A DNA stretch of 64,000 bases, taken from positions 23,180 to 87,179 of the forward strand of contig CABQNX010000003.1 of NCBI GenBank assembly GCA_902465645.1, given 5' to 3'. Of this stretch, positions 59,260 through 64,000 are shown one piece after another (position 1 is the first letter of the stretch; every line of letters begins with the position of its first letter). The DNA comes from an uncultured Peptoniphilus sp. (GTDB lineage Bacteria; Bacillota; Clostridia; Tissierellales; Peptoniphilaceae). The position numbers and the translations under genes are program-made. Under the pieces are notes generated by a model. It had not been told where the DNA came from. It ran no database searches and was given only the letters and a program-made list of their open reading frames with translations.

Positions 59260-59915
59260 TTTGACCCCTCCTCTATAAATAAGTCCTCAAGATTTTCTCC
59301 AAGCTTAGAAACTTCTTTGGTGAATAAAATTTTTCCATCCTTGATCATGGTCACGATGTCTGCAACTTTTTCAATCTCTGACAAGTCGTGAGAAGTTATG
59401 ACAATAGTCTTGCCTTGGTCTTTTAAAATTTTTATAATTTTTCTAATTTCCACTCGAGATAGGGGGTCTACTCCTGACGTCACTTCGTCTAGGAAGATAA
59501 TATCCCTATCCATTAGGACAATGATGAGAAGGGATAGCTTCCTCTTCATCCCCTTGGAGTAAGTTGACACCTTTCTGTCTAGGTCATCAGTAATTCCCAG
59601 TATGTCTGCGTAAGTCTTGTAGTCATCCTTCTTATAATTAAAGTAGAGAGAATAAATATTTATATTTTCCATCCCAGTCTTGTCTTCGTAGAGGTAGTCA
59701 TTTTCAAGTAGCATGGCATAGGAGCCCTTGACTTCAACGTGGCCCTTGCACTTGTAAATCCCTGTCAAGATCCTCAAGAGACTTGTCTTGCCAGACCCGT
59801 TTGGGCCCACAAGAGCGTGGACAGTTTTTTCCCTTATAGACAAAGAAAAATCACAAAAGACTTCCTTGTCCTTAAAGGATTTCTCAATATTTTCAACAAG
59901 TATTATGTCTTTCAT
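59256..59915 (-). CDS. ABC transporter ATP-binding protein
   Basis: GPNGSGKT, YSKGMKRK, FLDE.TSGVDP, TSH. Confidence 0.93.
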   Translation of the reverse strand: MKDIILVENIEKSFKDKEVFCDFSLSIREKTVHALVGPNGSGKTSLLRILTGIYKCKGHVEVKGSYAMLLENDYLYEDKTGMENINIYSLYFNYKKDDYKTYADILGITDDLDRKVSTYSKGMKRKLSLLIIVLMDRDIIFLDEVTSGVDPLSRVEIRKIIKILKDQGKTIVITSHDLSEIEKVADIVTMIKDGKILFTKEVSKLGENLEDLFIEEGSK

Positions 59916-59966
59916 ATTGCCTCCTTAGACTGCAAGTCTCCTGTGATTTTGTTTTTCTTTTTAAGT

Positions 59967-60116
59967 TTAATAATTCAAAGACTTTAAGATGCATCCCAAG
60001 ACTGTCAGGATGATTCCCAAGTATTTTTTCTTTTTCTTGTCCTTCTCCAGGATAAAACTTGCAAAAATAAAAATTCCAACAAATAATATAATATTTGATA
60101 ATGTTAAGTATTTCAT
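59967..60116 (-). CDS. Small 49-aa two-helix membrane protein (not in the ORF track)
   Basis: GGAG RBS; MKYLTLSNIILFVGIFIFASFILEKDKKKKKYLGIILTVLGCILKSLNY*. Confidence 0.6.
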   Translation of the reverse strand: MKYLTLSNIILFVGIFIFASFILEKDKKKKKYLGIILTVLGCILKSLNY

Positions 60117-60269
60117 TTCTAACTCCATTCTAATTTTTTATGGTAATAACTTCATGAGTAATAACTGCAAGATTTTACATTTTACTTTAAAAAATTTTTC
60201 AACTCAACTTATAAAATAATTTTATAAGTTTTTGGACAAAATAAAAGAGGAGGCTAAACCTCCTCAAAT

Positions 60270-60758
60270 TTATTTAGATAATTCTTCTTCCATGGCCTTC
60301 ACAAGTTCTCTAAATTTTTCTTCTTCAAGACTTGTAAAGCGGCCTATGCTTGGTGAGTCTAGGTCCAAGACTCCTATAACCTCATCTTTAACAAGGATTG
60401 GCAAGACTAATTCTGAATTAGAAGCCGAGTCACAGGCAACGTGTCCTGGAAAATCGTGAACATTTTCTACCCTCATGACTTTTTTATCCTTCCAGGCTGC
60501 CACGCAAACTCCTTCTTCAGCAAGTCTTGTGCAAGCAGGTAGCCCCTGGAAGGGTCCCAAGACCAATTCACCTTCCTTCACAAGATAAAAGCCTGCCCAG
60601 TTTAGATTTTCCACTACATTAAAAATTATAGAAGAAATATTTGCCATCATGGCTATCATGTCGTCTTCGGTTTTTATTGTAGCCTTGCCAAAGTCCACCA
60701 TGTAGTCAAGTCTTTCTTTATTGTCCAAGTTTTCTATTCCCTTAATTTCTAAAGTCAT
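60270..60758 (-). CDS. msrC: GAF-domain protein, free methionine-R-sulfoxide reductase-like
   Basis: NWAGFY, LGPFQG.PAC, GVC, FPGHVACD..SNSE, LDLDSP. Confidence 0.88.
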   Translation of the reverse strand: MTLEIKGIENLDNKERLDYMVDFGKATIKTEDDMIAMMANISSIIFNVVENLNWAGFYLVKEGELVLGPFQGLPACTRLAEEGVCVAAWKDKKVMRVENVHDFPGHVACDSASNSELVLPILVKDEVIGVLDLDSPSIGRFTSLEEEKFRELVKAMEEELSK

Positions 60759-60764
60759 ATTTCC

Positions 60765-62390
60765 TCATCTTTTGTAAACTACATTTCCACCAACAATTGT
60801 CATCCTTGGCTTAATGTCTTTTATTTCCATTGGGTCAATTGTAAAGATGTCCTCGTCTAAGACTACAAAGTCAGCCAAGAAATCTTTTTTGATCCTTCCC
60901 TTGATGTCTTCTTGGAATTCTACATAGGCAGATTCAACTGTGTAGGCATCAATGGCTTCGTAGATGTCCACACATTCCTTAGGATAAAATCCTCCTTCAG
61001 GATTTCCCTTCTTGTCCTTACGAGTTACAGCCATGTAAATATTTGGGAAAGGATTTAGATTTTCTACTGGTGCATCAGTTCCATAGGCTACGTGGGCTCC
61101 AAGGTCCTTTAGGCTCTTGAAGGCATAGGATGTGGAGGCAAGTTCTTTGCCACACCTGTCTTCCACAACTTGCATGTCGTAGTCCAAGAAGATTGGCTGT
61201 GCCATTACGCAGATGTCATCTCTTGCAATCCTATCAACTAATTCCTTGTCAGTAATTTGGCAGTGAACAAGAGTGTGACGGAGTTTGTTTTCTCCATCAA
61301 CAAAGGAATCTTCATAGCACTTTATCGTGTCTTCAATGGCCTTGTCCCCAATAACGTGAGTTATAACTTGAAGATTGTTCTCTGATGCAAGGTTCACGTA
61401 CTTTCTCATCTCTTCGTCCTTGATCCAAGGTAGTCCGTGGTTGTCTTTGTCGTCATTGTAGCCATCACGCATTAGGGCAGTCCTTGCACCAAGTGAACCG
61501 TCCTTAAAGAGTTTTAAAGGTCCAAGTTTTAAGTAATTTGTATCATATTCCTTGTCCTTCTTAGAGTATTCTCCTGAACTTAAATAATTTTCAAATTCTC
61601 CAAAGTCGTTAAAGCAAACTTGGTGTCTGTATCTAATTTTTTTGTTTTCCTTATAAATATCCTTTAAGAGGTCAAAGGCCACAGGTCCATTCATAAAAGT
61701 TGTCCCAACGTCATTGGATTGAACTGATGTAAGTCCACAAGATACTGCGTAGTCCATAGTTTCTATTAGCATTTCACGTCTTTCTTCAAGGGTGAAGTCA
61801 GGTATTACGTCCTTGGCAAAATTGCAGGCATTGGCTGTGTAAATCCCAGATGGGTAGCCATCATCGCCAATCAAAAATTCGCCGTCAGGATATTGTGGGC
61901 TGTCCTTTGTTAGTCCAAGGATTTCTATAACCTTTGTGTTTGATGAAACTATGTGACCGCAAACTCTTTCAAGAACTATGGGGATTTCTGTAGAAATTTT
62001 ATCTAAGTCAAATCGATTTGGTATCCTCTTGTCTCCCTTAAAGAAGTCTTGGTTCCAGCCAATAGCGTGGATCCCCTTTTCACATCTCTTGGGATTTTTT
62101 TCCATGAAGATCTTGCATCTATCAATCATTTCTTGAATGGATTCAACTCCTTCGATGTCAACTTGGTTCATGCTTTCGCCAAATTGCATAAAGTGAAGGT
62201 GGGAATCGTTAAGACCAGGTATAACTGTTCTTCCTTCAAGGTCAATTTTTTCTACATCTTCTTGATCATATTTTTTTACAAGGTCTTCTGTTTTTCCAAC
62301 TTCTTTTATAAATTCCCCTTCAAGGTAGATTGCCTCTTGAAATTCATCTCTATTGACATAAACTTTTCCATTGTAAAATAATTTTTTCAT
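60765..62390 (-). CDS. Amidohydrolase 3 (YtcJ-like) family protein
   Basis: PGLNDSHLH, RVCGH, KLFKDGSLGART, HVIGD, HCQ, GTDAPV. Confidence 0.92.
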   Translation of the reverse strand: MKKLFYNGKVYVNRDEFQEAIYLEGEFIKEVGKTEDLVKKYDQEDVEKIDLEGRTVIPGLNDSHLHFMQFGESMNQVDIEGVESIQEMIDRCKIFMEKNPKRCEKGIHAIGWNQDFFKGDKRIPNRFDLDKISTEIPIVLERVCGHIVSSNTKVIEILGLTKDSPQYPDGEFLIGDDGYPSGIYTANACNFAKDVIPDFTLEERREMLIETMDYAVSCGLTSVQSNDVGTTFMNGPVAFDLLKDIYKENKKIRYRHQVCFNDFGEFENYLSSGEYSKKDKEYDTNYLKLGPLKLFKDGSLGARTALMRDGYNDDKDNHGLPWIKDEEMRKYVNLASENNLQVITHVIGDKAIEDTIKCYEDSFVDGENKLRHTLVHCQITDKELVDRIARDDICVMAQPIFLDYDMQVVEDRCGKELASTSYAFKSLKDLGAHVAYGTDAPVENLNPFPNIYMAVTRKDKKGNPEGGFYPKECVDIYEAIDAYTVESAYVEFQEDIKGRIKKDFLADFVVLDEDIFTIDPMEIKDIKPRMTIVGGNVVYKR

Positions 62391-62391
62391 C

Positions 62392-63789
62392 TTATCCCTC
62401 GTTTTTTTCTCTTTTTATTTTTGCATCAAAAATCATATAAGTGATTGCACCAAGGATTGGCACTATAAGTCCAGTTAGCCCTGTGATTGGATCTTCTATT
62501 GCACCTTGTACAACAAGTCCTGCAAAGATTAGGGCTGTAATTATAACAGACACTGGGTAGAACCAAACCTTGTAAGGTCTTTCAATCTTAGGATATTTCT
62601 TTCTTAATATTGGCACACATAAAATTGTAAGAACTGAGAAAATCATTCCTGTTATTACAACCATGTTTGTAAGTTGGTCAAGGTTTGATGAAAGTACAAG
62701 TAGGCAAGCGAATACGCATTGTACAATCATTGGTGCTGTTGGAACCCTGTACTTTGGATGAAGTTTGGCAAAGGACTTGAAGAAGTGACCTTCAACTGCC
62801 ATGGCATAATACATCCTTGGTTGGGCAAGTATAAGTCCATTAAGAGTACCAAACATAGCAAGAATCATACCCACACTTACTATAATAAGCCCTGCATTTC
62901 CAAATACCCTCTTGGCAACTTCTGTTCCAAGGTATAGGTCTCCACCATCTATCATTGCAACAATTTCTTCATGAGGGATAACCTTCATAATAGCAAAGTT
63001 AAATAAAGTGTAAAGAACTGTAATTCCACCAATAGCAATTATAAGGGCTAGGGGCAGGTTCTTGTGAGGATCCTTAATTTCTTCTGCAACTGTGTTTAAG
63101 TTAGTCCATCCTTCGTAGGCCCAAAGAGTTGCAACAACTGCTATGGCAATCATGCCAAAGATATTTGTGTCACTTGTCCTTGAGTGTTCAAGGGCTGTTG
63201 TAAGGCTCAAGTCTGGGCTAACCTTACCTACAAAGAGGGCTGCGATCATTACTATACCAATAGGAACAAGCTTTGCCACCATGGATAGGTTTTGTAATAT
63301 TGATGAAGCCTTAACTCCAAACATATTGTAAATAGTTAAGACAATTATCAAAGTTATGGCTGCCATCTTAATTCCAAAATCAGAAATTTCAAAGAAACTT
63401 TTGAAAACTGACATAAGGGCAATGGCAACTGCAGCAACAGATCCTGGTCCACCAACTATCCAGTCAGTAAAACCAGATATAAACCCAACTATTGGGTGGT
63501 AGGCTTCGTTTAGGTAGACAATTCTTCCACCAGCCTTTGGCATGGCAGTACCAAGTTCTGCATAGCAGAGACCACCAAATAAGGTAATAAGTCCACCGAT
63601 AATCCAACAAATAAGGGCAAGCCCAGAGTTCATATTAGTTCTTTGTAAAACATAGGAACCTAGGTAAAAGATACCTGACCCTATCATGATCCCGCCAATA
63701 ATACTTACTCCACCAAAGACTCCAATTTCTCTATTGAACTGGGTATTCTCTGTGGTTAATTTTTCAATGTCCTTTGAATTGTTATTCAT
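62392..63789 (-). CDS. APC-family amino acid permease
   Basis: IGSGIF, YAELG..MP.AGG, WAYEGW, EEIK.P.KNLP. Confidence 0.93.
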   Translation of the reverse strand: MNNNSKDIEKLTTENTQFNREIGVFGGVSIIGGIMIGSGIFYLGSYVLQRTNMNSGLALICWIIGGLITLFGGLCYAELGTAMPKAGGRIVYLNEAYHPIVGFISGFTDWIVGGPGSVAAVAIALMSVFKSFFEISDFGIKMAAITLIIVLTIYNMFGVKASSILQNLSMVAKLVPIGIVMIAALFVGKVSPDLSLTTALEHSRTSDTNIFGMIAIAVVATLWAYEGWTNLNTVAEEIKDPHKNLPLALIIAIGGITVLYTLFNFAIMKVIPHEEIVAMIDGGDLYLGTEVAKRVFGNAGLIIVSVGMILAMFGTLNGLILAQPRMYYAMAVEGHFFKSFAKLHPKYRVPTAPMIVQCVFACLLVLSSNLDQLTNMVVITGMIFSVLTILCVPILRKKYPKIERPYKVWFYPVSVIITALIFAGLVVQGAIEDPITGLTGLIVPILGAITYMIFDAKIKREKNEG

Positions 63790-63821
63790 AGCACACCTCT
63801 TTCTTTATTTTTATTTTAATT

Positions 63822-64000
63822 TTAATTTTTAAAGCTGTGAACTGGTGCTGGTATATAGCCACCACGGTTTGCAAACCTATCAGCATTTCCTGGGTGAACT
63901 GGTACAATAGGAGCAGATCCTAGTAGGCCACCGAAAACTGCCTCGTCTCCAATACCCTTTCCAATTACAGGAACAAGTCTAGCAGCAGTAGTCTTTTGAT
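63822..64000 (-). CDS. PFL-family / DUF711 (UPF0210) protein, C-terminal part only
   Basis: Minus strand reads ...[15 protein letters not shown]...FGGLLG.API.PV.......[16 protein letters not shown]. Confidence 0.85.
   Translation of the reverse strand, partial: QKTTAARLVPVIGKGIGDEAVFGGLLGSAPIVPVHPGNADRFANRGGYIPAPVHSFKN

Noticed and set aside
59989..60219. 76-aa plus-strand ORF
   Set aside because: Antisense shadow of the RBS-bearing 49-aa minus-strand ORF.

Overview
AT-rich Firmicute chromosomal window. Gene content (YSIRK/LPxTG-type adhesin, stalk-domain protein, peptide-utilisation genes) suggests a Peptoniphilus-like anaerobic coccus (inference). The backbone is housekeeping: trkA-trkH-trkA, proC, pta, folP, ssrA, tRNA-Pro, cstA, alkaline phosphatase, hpf, rpsF-ssb-rpsR, mgsA, pepT. 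Accessory blocks: (1) an approx. 13.5 kb very AT-rich island (approx. 24.9-38.5 kb) where a pgsB-pgsC-pgsW poly-gamma-glutamate synthesis operon with its own two-component system converges on a second operon (DUF6305-like lipoprotein, DctM/GntP-like transporter, unannotated 48-aa membrane peptide, M14-type zinc hydrolase, two lipoprotein gamma-glutamyltransferases). This is the best candidate for an undescribed system: polyglutamate synthesis plus anchoring, degradation or re-uptake. A dead IS1182 sits in the terminator between the two operons and duplicated it. (2) A 6.4 kb cassette flanked by 32-bp direct repeats carrying a BceRS/BceAB-like module with a membrane-anchored erythromycin-esterase-family hydrolase behind a BceR-type box, plus a RelBE-type toxin-antitoxin pair. 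(3) An ars operon, a large adhesin with a structured 5' leader, and an ABC/two-component locus whose kinase is split by an in-frame stop. No CRISPR array, rRNA or prophage was seen. All family assignments come from reading motifs; no searches were run.
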